Below are positions 36,246 through 50,940 of a stretch of DNA of 64,000 bases, one piece after another (the stretch's first letter is position 1; every line of letters begins with the position of its first letter). The stretch is taken from assembly GCF_004010195.1 (NCBI RefSeq), contig NC_057715.1, positions 106,516,824-106,580,823 of the forward strand, given 5' to 3'. This DNA is from Chiloscyllium plagiosum. Taxonomy: Eukaryota. A program made the position numbers and the translations under genes. Below the pieces are notes generated by a model that saw only the letters and a list, made by a program, of their open reading frames with translations, made no database searches and was not told the DNA's origin.

Positions 36246-39200
36246 TCAAAGGCAATCAAGGATAGACAATAAATGCTGGCTTCCTGGAGTAGGGGAGTTT
36301 GTTTTTATGCTTTCCTGTGGGATGTGGATATTGCTGGCTTGGCAGCATTTATTGTCTGTCCCTAGGTGCCCATGAGGAGGTGGGGGTGAGCTGCCTTCTT
36401 GAACTTCTGCAGTCCACATGCTGTAGGTTGACCTACAATGCCCTTAGGGAGGTCTCAGTAAAATACCAATACTGAAGCCCTTCTGGGAGGCCTTATTTGT
36501 CCTAATTGCTGCCTGCCTCCACATAGCAGACAGCCAATCTGGCTTCCAATCTGTCCTTGCAAACATCCACTGGTGGTACATCAGGCAGCCATCCTGTTAT
36601 AGGCTCCTCCCCCATTTTCCAGTTCTGCCTCCCTGTGGAGCTGGGAAATTACAGCCCATAGTCTTGAACCTGTTCTGCATCAGATCACAATACCAATTGC
36701 CCACACAGCTCCAAATGCAGCAAATCTCGGTGAATGTAAAACAGCTAACCTGAAAGTCCAGAGCTGATTCAGGTTTACTAAAGTTTAGGAGCGAGCAATG
36801 CTAGTGGTGACTAAGTACGTTGCAGTTCTTCACAAGGCATGATCAGAGCATTCTGATGGCCTGCTCTCCTGTTCTAGTTCACAACTGACTGTTTTGAATT
36901 TTCAGTGCAGTTTACTCCTGAGTAAGATTTGCGTCATCTGCATTGGAATTCCCCTCTCCTTCATGACACTGGGGGAATTTCACACTGCTCTTTATTGTCA
37001 TCAAACCACTTTCATTTTCAAAACGTGATGTCTGAAGAAACTGGTTGCCCCCTATGCTGACAAACATTTACCTTTTCATAACGTGGTGCTACGCGGTGTT
37101 TCACTACTCATACCAAATCTGTAGGTATGCTTTGACATCCCCAGTCATTCCTGGTTACAATAAAATAAACAACTTTCATTGGACCTTTGAGAGTCCCCAT
37201 CAACTTCTCTTTCTGTGTGACCTTCCCTTGTCACTTTATGTTATCCACACCACAAAGGGAAGATGAAAGTCTTCAACATTCCTTCCCAATTGTCCCAAAG
37301 CTGAGATGGTGCCAGAGTATTCTAAATGCTTTAGCTGATGAAGTAAGAATGGGGCAGAATATTTTACTTACGTCAGATGGGCGAAAGTTTACCACGAGAC
37401 AAGCAAAGTTTGGGTGGTAAAATGTACAAATATTGTGGTCTGACTCAGTTGTGGATGTAGGGTAGGAAAAGGTTCAATGAGCAAACCTGAGTTGTTATGA
37501 GGTCTTTCATTCATGGTCAGGTCATTGTCAGAACATTGCTTACAGCACTTTACTGTAACAGCACCACTGAATAACATGAAACTCCCTTCACTTGCAGAGT
37601 CATACAGCAAGGAAGCATACCGTTCAGTCCAACTAGTGCATGTCAAGCATAATCCCAAACTAAACTAATGCTGCACTTGACCCATATCCCTCCAAACTGA
37701 TCTATTATTAAACTTATCCAAATGTCTTTTAAATGTTGTAATTGTACCTGCATCCACCACTTTCTCTGGCAGTTCATTCCACATATGAACCAGTCAAAAA
37801 AGTTGCTCCTTTACAAATATTTCTCCTGTCACCTTAAAAATATGCCCTCTATTTTTGAACTGCCCTACCCAAGGGAAAGGACCCTTGTCATTCACCTTAT
37901 ATACCCCTCATGATTGTATGAACCTCAATAAGGTCACCTCTCAACCTCCAACCTCCAATGCAAAACGTACCATTTTCAGTCTATTTTCTATCTCAAAACC
38001 CCATACCAGGCAACAACCAGAACCCCCTCCAGTTTAATACTTCTCTTATCCTGTCATTGAAACACCCTTCAGAGAGCCGTACACACTGCAACAGCCAAGC
38101 ACTGAGACCGATCTGAGTCTTTAGGTAATGGCGCTGTCTGTCACTTAGAACAAGTCAGCAGATGAATGATAATAGTGCCTCCTGCAGGTTGACTTCTGAG
38201 TCACAGGTCATCCTGACCTGGATCCATGTCATCATTCTTTCGAGAGCCAAAATCATGAAAAAGTATCTTTTTCAACAGCATTGAGAGGATGCTTACACCA
38301 CAGCAACTGCACTGGTACAAGGAAGACTCTCACCTCAACATTCTCAGGGGGAATCAAAAATAGACAATAAATGTTGGCTTTTCTCTTGATGCCTGGGTCC
38401 AAAAAATAAGATTGATATTCCCTGTGCAGTACTGAAGGATAGCTACACTGTTGGAGGTGCCATTTTTGGTGTATGCGATGTTAAATCAATGCTCTCAGGA
38501 AGGTTTAAGGATCCTATTTCAAAGAAGAGGAGACAAGTTTTCCTGGGGCATCGTGGCTGGTACTTATCCCTCAATCATCCCATTCCCCCCAAAAATTAAC
38601 AGGTCATTACAGTCTGTGGAATCTTGCAGTGCATTGAGTGCATTATTGCTTTACAACAAGTGATCACATTTCAAAAGTTCTAACTCGCTGTGAGATCCTG
38701 ACAGTCTGAAGGGGTGCTTTAGAAATAAAAGTATTCATTTATCTTTTTGCCTCTAGCAGTTTCACCTCCAAGTCACAGGCCATCCTGACTTGGATCCATG
38801 TCATCAATACTTCATTCTTGTACGAGTCAAAATTATGAAAGTATCTTCAAACACAGCACTGAGAGGATGCCTATACCACAGGAACTGCAGTTTACTGGAG
38901 ATTACTGGGGACACAGGAGCTTTACACCATCCAGGACAAAGCAGCTGCTTGATTGGCACCACATCCTCAAGCATCCACACTGTCCCATCCCAGACACTCA
39001 GCAGCAGCAGGGTGTACTATCTGCAGGATGCACTGTAGACATTCACCAAAGTAGCTCCTTACTACAAATCAATGTCTACATTTCTTCTTTCCAGGTCTTT
39101 AAGAACTCCCTGGTAGCAGAGAGCTAAGGTGATGTTGGGGGATGAGAAAGATGATCAGAGTAAGACTTGGCCAGTCTCAGTAGAGATTTTCAGAGACTAC

Positions 39201-39719
39201 AAGAGGGACTAGTACCACTTGCGAATGACACATATGGTCTGACTTGTCTTGTATATCTTAAAAGAGAACTACAGTATGATCAGAACAAACATTTCCAGTA
39301 TGTCTGGTTTTTGACTGGTTTTTCCCTCTCAGAACGAACAAATTTTTGACAGTCAGTTTTATTACTTTCCAAACACCATAACTGTTTTCACCAATTGTTG
39401 ACCTTAAACTTTCTTCTTGGACTTAATTTTCAGCCATCATCAAAGACTCTTTGTAGACTTAGGGAGACCAGGAGCAGTTGAATGCCACATCCCAATTGTT
39501 TAACACCAATTGCTTAACAGACTAATATCCCTACATTGAATTAGGCAGCAAAAGATATTCAAAAGGAATTATAAGGGCTTTTTTTTTGTAAATCTACAGT
39601 TTCGCCCAAATACCAGTTTTCACACTTCCCTTCTGGCTCCTTTCCCTTTTTAGAAACCAACTGTCTCTTTCCCTGTCCCTTTCCAGGAAATTGGAGGTCA
39701 GTCCTCTTAGCTTCAAAAC

Positions 39720-40625
39720 ATCTCTTCAGGGCAGTGGCCTAGGTCCAACCATCTTCAGCTGTTTCATCTTTCACCTTCCCTCCATCATAAGGTTAGAAGA
39801 GCAGATATTTTCTGACAAATGTATAATGTTCAGTACTATTTACGACTCCTCAGATATTGAGACAGTCCATGTGCAAATACAATAAGATTGGTACAATATT
39901 CGGGCTTGGGCTGATAAGTGGCAAGTGCCACACTAATGTCAGAAAATGTTCATCTCCAATAAGTGACAATCTAGCAAACCCCCCTTGATACTCAATAACG
40001 ATACCATCACTGAATGCTCTATGGTCAACATGTTGGGATTACAATCGACCAGAAACTGAACTGGACTTGCCATATAAACACAATGACTCCAAGAGCAGGT
40101 CAGAGGCGGAGGAATATTGCAGCAAGTAACTCAGCTTCTGTCAATCCGAAGCCTTTCCATTATCCACAAGGCACAAGACAGGATCGTGATGAAATACTTC
40201 CCACTTGCCTGGATGGGTATGACTCCATCAATATTCAGAAAGTTGACACCATCCAGGACAAAGCAGCCTGTGTGATTGGTGCCACATCAACAAGCATCCA
40301 CTCCCTCCACTGACATCCAGAAGAAACAGTATTTACTGTATTGCAGACATTCACTAAAGTTCCTTAGACAGCACCTTCCAAACGCATGACCACTTCCATC
40401 TAGAAGGACAAGGGCAGTAGATATACGGGAACATCACCAGCTGCATGTTCCCGTTCAACCCACTAATCATCCTGACTTGGAAATATATCGCTGTTCCTTC
40501 ACTGTCTCTGGGTCAAAATCCTGCAATTCCTTCCCATCAGCATTTTGGACTTTTCACTGTTCTACAGCACATGAATTGCAAAGGTTCAAGAAGATCCAGC
40601 CAGTGAAATCCACGTACCAAAAATG
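39720..40625 (+). mobile_element. CR1/L2-group LINE RT 3' portion
   Basis: QGSGLGPTIFSCFI...; GITIDQKLNWTCHINT; VDTIQDKAACVIG. Confidence 0.8.
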
Positions 40626-40719
40626 AATGAACAAAAACCCCCTACTTGTCTTGTAACCAACATGTTCAGACATGTTATGACATACCTCTGGAATAAGAAA
40701 GCAGCTTCTTCATTCTTTT

Positions 40720-41130
40720 TAAAAAAAATATAATAACCACCAAATCACCAATTTAAGCACTCAAACAAATAAGTCACAAACACTACCCACCAAGGGCAAT
40801 ACAATAATAACAAAAGTCAAGGAATAGTGGGAAAAGGGGGAGGAACTAGATTAATATGGAGTTGGAAGTGGCAGATATGCACTTCAACCCCTGCAGTGAC
40901 CACCATTGTCTCAATGTCTCGAGCATGCTAGAGGACATAGTGTGCCAACTCTTCAAGAATACCTGGGTGTAAACACGAGGAGCTCAACACAAAGGAGGGA
41001 AGTAAATCAAAACATTGCCAGAGAGGAAAATAATGCAATATAGCTTCCACCACCTCCCCACTAGCAGCCCACCCCCCACAATGTCCCCGTCTCTTCAGAA
41101 ATCTAACTCTTGACATTTCCTAATCAACTT
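40720..41130 (-). mobile_element. Possible degraded Tx1/L1-like 3' end inserted in a short SINE
   Basis: Resembles, from memory, a Tx1-type ORF2 C-terminus and T-rich UTR. It splits a SINE whose halves are at about 40665-40695 and 41138-41200. Confidence 0.3.
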
Positions 41131-43329
41131 GGTCAGAGATGGAGCAGGTGGGACTTGAACACTAGCTCAGAGCTATGGACACTACCTCACAAAAGCCCAT
41201 ACATGATCACAGCCATTTTCTATATCTTTTTCCCACCACTAAACCACCCATGTCTCTAATTAAAGTAAAGCATTGTAATGGGGGGAGGAACTCAGCTCTT
41301 TTCTTTCTTATATCCAGAATTGTTATCACATAGAACTGAACAGCTTTTTCCCATCACCAAACCTTTTTTTTCCTTCCGTATCTAGAAGTGTTCTTAGACA
41401 CAACTGAATATTTTTTATCTTTCTATCACCCAACCACCTGAGGATTTCCTTCTATTAATCACCATTAGTAAAATCAACAGTGATTTCTAATTGACTAACC
41501 TACATGCAGAGCTCATGAGGGACAACGCAGAACATCGAATGCGAAAGCGAGAGAGCAAGAGAGGAGGAAAAATCAAAATGGAGTTGGAAGGGGTGATAAA
41601 GCACTCCGGCCCCTCCGGTGCCATCCTTTCTGTAAGACCATTGACCCTCTCCATGAGTGGACATCATCTGCTCCCTTCTCTGATAACACCCAGGCACAAT
41701 CATAACCACAGAAGAAGGGCAGACAATCAGCAACCTGGACCTGTTAACGGCCAACTTAGCCAGGAACTCAGTTCTTTTTTTTTGAGATGGTAGGAACTTA
41801 GGTCCTAAATACAAAGTGCAATGGCCCTATCACATGCTCTGAATCAAATCCGGAACTGCCCTGCTTTACCCTGACACAGACCTGCATTTCTAACACTAAC
41901 ACATTGAACCTGTTCTGACATTTATCAAGGCAAAGTTGAAAAGCATAAACTTTCTATCAAAAAGAAGATGAGCCTAACTTGTCGGTTCAGGCCCTCATTA
42001 GAATTTCATGGCATGATTATCATTCAGCACTTCGTTGGGGTTCATTTCCTACATTGGGATCAACAGAAGTGGAGGAAAACAAATTTCTACCTTATTTTTT
42101 TAAAATTTGTATCTGGCCTCTGTATCATATCCTGTATAGATTTTTATCTGAAAGAAGATTCAGATATTTTCTACTTCTTCACTTAGTGTTGAAGCTTATC
42201 TAATGTGCAAACTATCCACTGAACTGGATTGCTGTAAGAATTTAACAACAATATGAGGAGGACCATTGTGACACTACTTTTCATATTGAGATTAACAAGG
42301 ACAAAAGTGCTCACAATTCAAGACTCAGCTTAACTGTAGTCTAGTCATTTACTTAACTTCCAACATTTTTAATTGTAGAGTTTTTTGTGGCTTATAATTT
42401 TAAAGGATAATTCTTCTTACCTTCAGAACTTGGAACATAGCTTCAGAGAGACATTTCATAGCATCATTGCCCATTATTATTGAAACTTCCAACTCAGTGA
42501 GACACCAGCTCAGAAATCCTCTCGCCAGTTTCCTCTATTTAACAATGAAACTGCTTAAACATTTAGCTCACACAAAAAAAAACCTGGGTCTTTCCAAAAT
42601 GGGAGTTAACAGTCATCCTCAGCAAACTGGCATGGGTTTTTTTTGTATGGTTCTAGCCTGGGGGAGTTATTTTGACACTTTCCATCTAACTAGAAATGCA
42701 AATTGATCATGTGGTCTGATCAGCCTGAAGCATTAACATTGAACTACAAACTTCCAGTATCCTCAATTCCCCCCTACCCTCCTAACCAACAAAATACTCC
42801 TGCCCTTGCTCCCTGTCACATTCTGATTCACAATTTATTAGTTTTTTGCCGATATTCCATCCATATTGTTCACTTCATCGACCATTTTCCTATTTTCCAT
42901 TATCAATACCCATATTCACTTTCTGGAGGACCAAAACTCATCTTACTTACTCTTTTTCCCTTTTTAAATACTGCAGAAACTCTTACTATCCCTTTGTACT
43001 TTTTTTAGCTAGCTATCTCGCATGCACTAATTTTCCCTTTCTTATTAATCATTTAGTCTTTCATTGCTGTCCTTTATGTTCTGTTCAATCTTTTCACCTG
43101 TCACACATCTTTATCTTCTACAATTCAGCATGTCGTTCTCCAGGATCTTTTTCTCTCACTAGGATCTACCTCTTCTAAGTATTCTGAGAATTCTCCTAAA
43201 ATGTCTGACAGTTCACTTTAACTACCTCTTCATACCGTCATAATTATTCTTTTTGAGTTTAAAATGCTGGTGTTCAATCCATCTCCTCTCCCTCAATTGG
43301 AATATAAATGCAATGTTATGATCACTGTT

Positions 43330-43486
43330 GAAAATGTGTTGCTGGAAAAGTGCAGCAGGTCAGGCAGCATCCAAGGAACAGGAGAATCGACGTTTCGGAC
43401 ATAAGCCCTTCTTCAGGACCTGCTGCGCTTTTCCAGCAACACATTTTCAGCTCTGATCTCCAGCAACTGCAGTCCTCACTTTCTCC
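43330..43486. mobile_element. 157-bp hammerhead mini-PLE (family A) with inverted arm, inside an old antisense CR1 relic
   Basis: 14-bp TSD TTATGATCACTGTT at 43316-43329 and 43487-43500. Confidence 0.92.
43385..43418 (-). ncRNA. Minimal hammerhead ribozyme, family A
   Basis: tc-CTGAAGA-A-GGGC(ttat)GTCC-GAAA-CG-TC-gatt on the minus strand. Confidence 0.75.
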
Positions 43487-44444
43487 TTATGATCACTGTT
43501 ACCAATGGGAGCCATTACTATAAGATTGCTGATTAATTTGGTCACATTGTACATTTCCAGGTCGCATGTAAACAGCTCTCTAGTTGGTTCTACAACATTT
43601 TTTTAAAAACTGCCCCAAATACCCCCTATGAACTCCTGATCCAGAGTACCATTGCCCGTTGATTCACCCAATCTGTATGTAGATCAAAATCAAGTTAAGT
43701 TCATCATCAGAATCCTCACTGTTTTATATTGGCTGTCAGTTCCTCTTATTTTAAATTTAAAATTCTCATCCGTTTGTTCAATTCTCTCCGGGTCCCTGAT
43801 CTTCCTTCATTCTGTAGTCTGCAGTAGTGCTAAAAAAATCCTCTTGGTCTCTTATTGAATCTAATATATCTGCTCCCGCTTTTGCCCACTTTTAGCCACT
43901 TAGGTATCATTATGGTTTAGAAATTTTCTTCCTAAGTTCCTCCATCTCTTCTAGGTGTGTCAAAGCACCCTTAAATCCTGTCTCTCTTCCAGACACCCCT
44001 CTTGATTTTCCCTGTTTGACTGGGCAGCCATTACCCTTACAACTCTGTGAGATGGCTCACAATAATTTGCATCAATCACTACCCATATGATGTTTGCTTT
44101 AGTTAGTTATCACCCACGTGTTCACTCAATTTCTTTGGGCCAAGTACAGCAACGTCTGTTATAAAATCCTCACCTTTTTTTTGAGTTCATACTCACACCT
44201 CTGCTCCACTATCTCACCCCCTCATGATGCAATTTAGCATGTGTGCTCACCACTTACCTGTTCTCTGCTGCTTTAAGAAACCCTCTGAAACCTATCTCTT
44301 TGAATAAACTTTCGACTACCCATTCCAAAATCTTCTTAGGCAATATAACATTTTGACGATTGTCCAATAACGGACCTTGGAATATGTTAAAGGTGCATTA
44401 AAAATGCAAGAAATTGCTGTATAAAAACTTTCTTTAATTCTCTG

Positions 44445-45375
44445 CAGGAGTTCCTCAGGGTAGTGCCCTAAGCCCAACCATCCTCAGCTGCTTCATCAAT
44501 GACCTTCCCTCAATCATAAGGTCAGGACTGCAATTGTTCACTGATGATTACATAATGTTCAGCACCATTTCTGACTCCTCAGATACTGAAACAGTCCATG
44601 TTCAAATGCAACAATATCTGGACAATGTCCAGATGTGGGCTGACAAGTGGCAAGTAATATTGGTGCCACACAAATGCCAAGCATCGACTATCTCCAATAC
44701 AAGATAGTCATTGACATTCAATGGTGTTACCATCACTGAATACCTCACACTCAACATCCTTGGGGTTATATTAACAAGAAACTCTCCTGGACACACCACA
44801 TAACAGTGCGGCTACAAGAGCAGGTCAGAGGCTAGGAATACTGCGACAAGTAACTCCCTTCCTGACTCCCCAAAGTCTGTCTACCATCTACAAGACACAA
44901 GTCTGAACTGTGATGGATTTCTGTCCAATTGCCTGCAGCTCCAATAACACTCAAAAGGCGTGGCACCATCTGGGACAAAGCAGCCTGTTTGATTAGCACC
45001 ACATCCACAAGCATCCACTCCCTCCACCACCAGCACTCAGTCGTAGCAGTGTGAATAATGAGTCAGTACTGCACTGCAGGAATTCATCAAAAGATCCCGA
45101 GACAGCATCTTCCACAACTACATCCATCAAGAAGGACAAGGGCAACAGATACATGGGAATTCCACCACCTGCAAAGCTCCCCTCTAAGACACTCATCATC
45201 CTGACTTGGAAATATATCAACAGTTGCTGAGTCAAAATCCTGGAATTCTCTCCAGAATGGCATTCTGGGTCAACTGCAGCAGTCCAAGAAGGCAGCTCAC
45301 CATCACCTTCTCAAGGGCAACTAGAGACGGGCATTAGATGCTGACACAGCCAGTGACATTCATGACGCACGACTG
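44445..45375 (+). mobile_element. CR1/L2-group LINE RT 3' portion
   Basis: GVPQGSALSPTILSCFINDLPSIIR...FTDD; homologous to 39720-40625. Confidence 0.82.
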
Positions 45376-45849
45376 AATTGTAAAAAATAAAATTCTGTCT
45401 CTGTTCTTCTGGCAACTTTGGTTTCATGCGTTGGTAGAACACCAAGGGCCAAAGGGCCTGTACTGAGCTGTAATGTTTGATGTTCTATGTTCTATATGCC
45501 ATCTATACTGAAAGTCCCACATTTTAATGTTAATCAAAATGAACTAAGGTTTGGCTTGGGGATATTATTAGGAGAAAAAAACACACAAATTAAGATGTAG
45601 CTGGAAGTCAATAATTTCAGCTGGTGTAAAACGGAAGCAATGCCTCAAGAACTTGTTACAGAATTATATGTAACAATTGCACCAGATCATGAAGGCAATG
45701 AAGGTATTGAGAAATAAAATTAAAGGATTGACTGTTGAACCAAGCACTCTTGATATGCATTTTGACAAAGTCAATCAATTCGCTCTAAAGTGAGCGTGGC
45801 TTGCCATTGTGAGGATTCGGGGTTTTATTAGTGGGTTTGATTACTTCCG

Positions 45850-46410
45850 GCTGCAATTGTACAAAATGTTAGTGTGGCCTCACTTGGAATATTGTGTACA
45901 GTTCTGGTCACCCCATTACAGGAAGGATGTGGAAGCATTGGAAACGATGCAGAGGAGATTTACCAGGAGGTTGTCTGGTCTGGAGGGAGGGTCTTTGAGG
46001 AAAGGCTAAAAGACTTGGGTCAGTTCTCATTGGAAAGAAGAAGGCTAAGAGGGGATTTGATAGAGACACACAAGATGATCAGAGGATCAGATAGAATAGA
46101 CAGGGAAAGTTGGTTTCCTCGGATGATGATGTTAGCTTGTACTTGAGGGTATAGCAACAAATTGAGGGGTGATAGATTTAAGACAAATGTCAGAGGCAAG
46201 TTCTTTACTCAGAGATTTGTAAAGGGCATGGAATGCCCTGCCTGCCAATGTAATTAACTCAGCCACATTAGGGAGATTTAAACAATCCTTGGATAAGCAC
46301 ATGAATGATGATGGGATAGTGTAGGGGGATGAGCTTAAATTAGTTCACAGGTTGGTGCAACACCGAGGGGCAAAGGGCCTGTTCTGCGCTGTATTGTTCT
46401 ATGTTTTATA
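45850..46410 (+). mobile_element. HER1/CR1 3' end
   Basis: [31 protein letters not shown] and a ttgttctatgtt tail. Confidence 0.9.
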
Positions 46411-47879
46411 GCTCAAGTCCAGTAGCAATTGATTTCAGTCTCTCTGGGGCTTTAGGGCAGAATGGCAACATTTTCTGCAGATTCCACGCAACTCTGTTAG
46501 ATGTGTTCCCTTTTGAGATGTAGGATAGGCAGATAATTTGTCATCACCCAATCTTTTAGAATTTAACGGAGCACTTCAGCTGAGGCAAACAAAAGCCGAG
46601 AGCACATGAATTGCGCCACCCTCATCAGAGCAGGTGTGGTCTTTCCCAGGCCCGCTCTGACCCCAGGAAACTGAGGATTGGGGTCCATTATACACAAGGA
46701 CTGACTGCAATAATCAGAATATTCTGCAAGCCCTAACATAGCAGTGAACTAAGAGCCTTGGCTTTAAATTGTTCCCAGTCTCTCATCAGTCCAACTACTT
46801 GCTGGAGTGGAATGTCATTACAATGATTTTTTTTGAGAATTAAGAAACAAAGTTTGCTAAGGGTGAAGCAATTGGAAGACACCAAAGCTGGAATTGCCTC
46901 ATTAAATCTGTAATTGCACATTTTCATGAGTCTTCTCTTATAGATAAAAAAAATTACAAAGAGCAGACTGGTGTTGTAAGAAATCTTTGTATTTTCCTTT
47001 TGTACATTATTCCAAAAACAGGAATCGCTGGAAAAGCTCAGCAGGTCTGGCAGCATCTTTGGAAAGAAAGTGAAGTTAATCTTTTGAGTCCAATGATCCT
47101 TACACATTATTACTTAGAAAGTGACTGAGATGTTACACAACACTATGAGCTTATGATAAAGTTTCGGAGATAGGTTGAAGAAATGAAGAGTGAAGATATT
47201 TTTCATTTTAACTCCCTCAGAACCTTAATGGGAATTAAAAGTGGACCCAAAGCATATGCAAGAGTTGATATTTATTGATTGATTTAGTTGATGTCAGCTA
47301 CTGTCACTGATATTATGTAAATCCTTTGAACTTCATGCTCTTCATAAGCTTCAGAAAATTTAAAAGAGGCTTCTTTTAACCAAACAGCAGGAAGAAATCA
47401 TTACCACAGAGTATGGTTGAAGCAAATAATATGGATAAATAAACAAGAGTGCTTACCAATTCAGGAGGGCAAAAGGAATTGAGGATTATGTTGATAGATT
47501 TAGACGAGGAAAGATGCAAGAGAGTTGGAAAGGAGCGTAAACATCAGCATGGACTAGTGGGCCAAGTGGCCTGTTTATCTGCTGTAATAACCTAATCTAG
47601 ATTCTTTGTTCAACACCTTAAAGAAGGCATGGAAATTGAAGAGGAAGGCACTTGATACAATCTCTTCAAATGTTCTGTTGATAATATTAACATCAAGTAT
47701 TTGGAAACTTGCTTGGTGAGAACAACAGTTAAATATAAAGGGTGAGACATAACATTGGACTGGTAGATCAGTGACATTGAAAATTGGATAATTCCTGAAA
47801 CAGGTGCTTGGTTTACCTGGTGGTGAGGGTGTGAATCAGACCTTATTTGCAAAGGGAGTACTACTTGTTGCACTCATCA

Positions 47880-50800
47880 GTGTCTGAATGCTCATAACAC
47901 TCAAAGCAAAATTGATGAACTCACAGCACAAATAGAAATGAATTAGTATGATCTAGCATCTGTTATGGAGACATGGTCTAGGATGGTATGGTTGGGACTG
48001 GAGTTTTGAAGGGTACAGAAAGTATGTGAAGTAGAAACGGTGGTTGCATTAGTTAGTAATGATATCAGTACAATTGATCTGAACAGGCTGAGGTTACCAT
48101 GATAATTTCACCTTCTCAATCTCACCCTGTACCTGAGGTATGGTGTACCTTAGGTTAAGATTACCATGAGATGTCTCTCTCTCTCTCTTTCTCTAATTAG
48201 AAATTAGCTCCATGGTCCTCTGGGACTATGGCAAATTTACCTTTTTTTTGTCATAATAGAGAGGAATAACCTAGCATAAGAAAACTAAGATTTGAAGGTA
48301 GTTTGGGCAGAAATGAAAAATGACAAAAGCAAAAAGTCACTTGTGGGAGTGGAGTAAGTGCCTCTAACAGTAACCACACAAGAGGGTGGAGTAAAAAGGA
48401 AGAAGTCATGAGAAGTTGTCAGACAGGCAGATTGATAATCAGAGATTTTAATCTGCGATTTACATCAATTGAATAAATCAGAAATGCAAAAGTAGCCTGA
48501 GTAATGTGTTCATAGAGTGTTTCATGAGATAGTTTCTTAGAACAGAATTTTCAGGAGCTGACCAGAGAGCAGGTATTACTAGATATGGTATTTTGATGAG
48601 ATAGGATTAATTAATAATCACATTGTGAAGACACCACTAGGTAACAGTGTCTATAGTATAATTAAATTTAACATTCAGTTTGAGGGACAGAGGAGTGGGG
48701 ACTGAGACTACTTTATAAAACTTAAATAAGGGCATGACAGTCTGAAAGCAAAGATGACTCAAGTGAATTGTCAAATTAGGTTAATGTTTAGGTCAATAGC
48801 GATGCTATGGCAACCATTGAAGGGATATTTCAGAATACAAAGAATAGATACATTCCAACAAGTAAGAAATGTTGAAGATTGTAAAATAATTTAAAAACAC
48901 ATGGCAAGTGGCATGTTAGAAGATTGGAGAGAATATGAAAAAAAGCAAAGAATGGCCAAAAATTTAATAAGGCGGATATAATTAGAGAGATATTTGATAA
49001 AGTGCCACATCTAAAATTATTGCACAAAATAAACATTCATGGTGTAGGAGGGATCATATTAGCAAGGACATAAGAGTAGTAGGCAAACAGGAAGCAGAGA
49101 GTAGGGATAAATCAGGTGGAAAGTTGTAACCAGAGGTGTGCCAAAAGGATCAGTGCTGGGTCCTCAACTATTTAAAATTTATATAAGCAACTTGGATGAA
49201 ATGGCAGAAGGTATGGTTGTCAGGTTTGCTGATGACATGCAGATAGGCAAGAAAGTAAGTTGTGAAAACATAAAGAGGTTCCAAAAAAAAGGTATAGATC
49301 GATTAAGTGAATGGATAAAGCTCTGGAAAATGGGATACATTGTGGAAAAAAGTAAAATTGTCCATTTTGGCAGGAAGAATAAAAAAACATACAATTTAAA
49401 TGGCAAGAGATTGCAGTGATCAGATGCTAGAGGTTCTGGGTGTTCTCAAATATGGATCAATTGCAGACACAGCAAGTCATTAGGAATCCAAAGTTATCAT
49501 TTGGTGTGAGAGGAATTAAATATAAAAGTTGGGATGTTATGCTTCAGTTACACAGAGTACTGATAAGACCACATCGAGAGTACTGAGCACTGTATTGGTC
49601 TCCTTATTAAAAGAGGGATGTAAATTCATTAACGTGGTACAGGTTTACCAGACTAACACCTGGAATTAGTGGGTTGTCTTATATACCAGGTTACCATAGA
49701 ATCTCTACAGGCCATTCCTCCACACCCAGACCCATCCCACTAGACTATAACCTTGTATTTCCTATGGCTTATTCACCTCGCCTGCACATTGCAGGCAATT
49801 TTTAGCATGGCCAATCCATCTAACCTATTGTATCCGTTGCTCCTGATGCGGTCTCCTCTACATTGGGGAGACAGGATGCCTCCTAGCAGAGCGCTTTAGG
49901 GAACATCTCTGGGACACCCACACCAATCAACCCCACCGCCCTGTGTCCCAACATTTCAACTCTCCCTCCCACTCTGCCGAGGACATGGGGGTCCTGGGCC
50001 TCCTTCACCGCCGCTCCCTCAACACCAGTTGCCTGGAGGAAGAATGCCTCATCTTCTGCCTCGGAACACTTCAACCCCAGGGTATCAATGTGGACTTCAA
50101 CCGTTTTCAACCCTAGGGCATCAATGTGGACTTCAACAGTTTCCTCATTTCCCCTTCCTCTACCTCACCCCAGTTCCAAACTTCCAGCTCAGCACTGTTC
50201 CCATGACCTTTCTCCCCACCCCCCTCTCATTTATCTCTCCACCCTTCAGGCACTCTGCCTGTATTCCTGATGAAGGGCTTTTGCCCGAAACATCGATTTA
50301 ACTGCTCCCCGGATGCTGCCTGAACTGCTTTGCTTTTCCAGCACCACTGGTTTCCAGCATCTGCAGTCATTGTTTTTACCTAATCCATCTAACCTGTACA
50401 TCTTTAAACTGTGGGAGGAAACACATACAGACATGAGAAGAACATGCAAACAGCACACAGATAGTTGCCCAAGGCTAAAATTGAACCCAGGTCCCTGGTA
50501 CTGTGAGGCAGCAGTGATAACCACTGAGCCACAGTACCATCTAAGCTGGACAGGCTAAGCTTATATCTCCTGTTCTTTCAAAGATTAGGGGAGGACTTGA
50601 TTTAAACTTATAAAATTCTGTCGGGTCATGACAGAATAGGTGTGGTGAGGATATTTGTTCTTATTGGAGAATCTTGAATTAGGGGTCACTGTTTGCTAAC
50701 CAGGTGCCATCCATTTTAAACAGAAATTAGGAAAATTATCTTTTTTTTCAAAGGTTTTTAAATCTGAAAATTTGGAGGGAGCAGAGTGCTTGAATATTTT

Positions 50801-50940
50801 TAAGGCAGAGGTAGATTCTTGTTAAACAAAGGGATGAAGGATTATTAGGGATAGATAGGAATGTGGATTTGAGGTTCAGTCAGATTAGCCATTTCATTGA
50901 GATGCTGAATGACCTTTCCCTGCCCCTGATTTGCATACTC
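47880..50940 (+). mobile_element. Old CR1 LINE relic hosting an HE1-like SINE (49694-50540, minus)
   Basis: PKGSVLGPQLFKIYISNLDE...RFADDMQIG; endonuclease remnants from 47880. Confidence 0.8.
49827..50381 (+). mobile_element. PLE (family A-related) 5'-truncated in GIY-YIG, inserted in the SINE
   Basis: YCIRCS*CGLLYIGETG...RFREHL; hammerhead at 50267-50294; 14-bp TSD AATCCATCTAACCT at 49813-49826 and 50382-50395. Confidence 0.9.

Noticed and set aside
36460-46730. Scattered gggcagaat-type ends (about 36655, 37351, 46455) suggesting Harbinger-like MITEs
   Set aside because: Too degraded to pair terminal inverted repeats with confidence.
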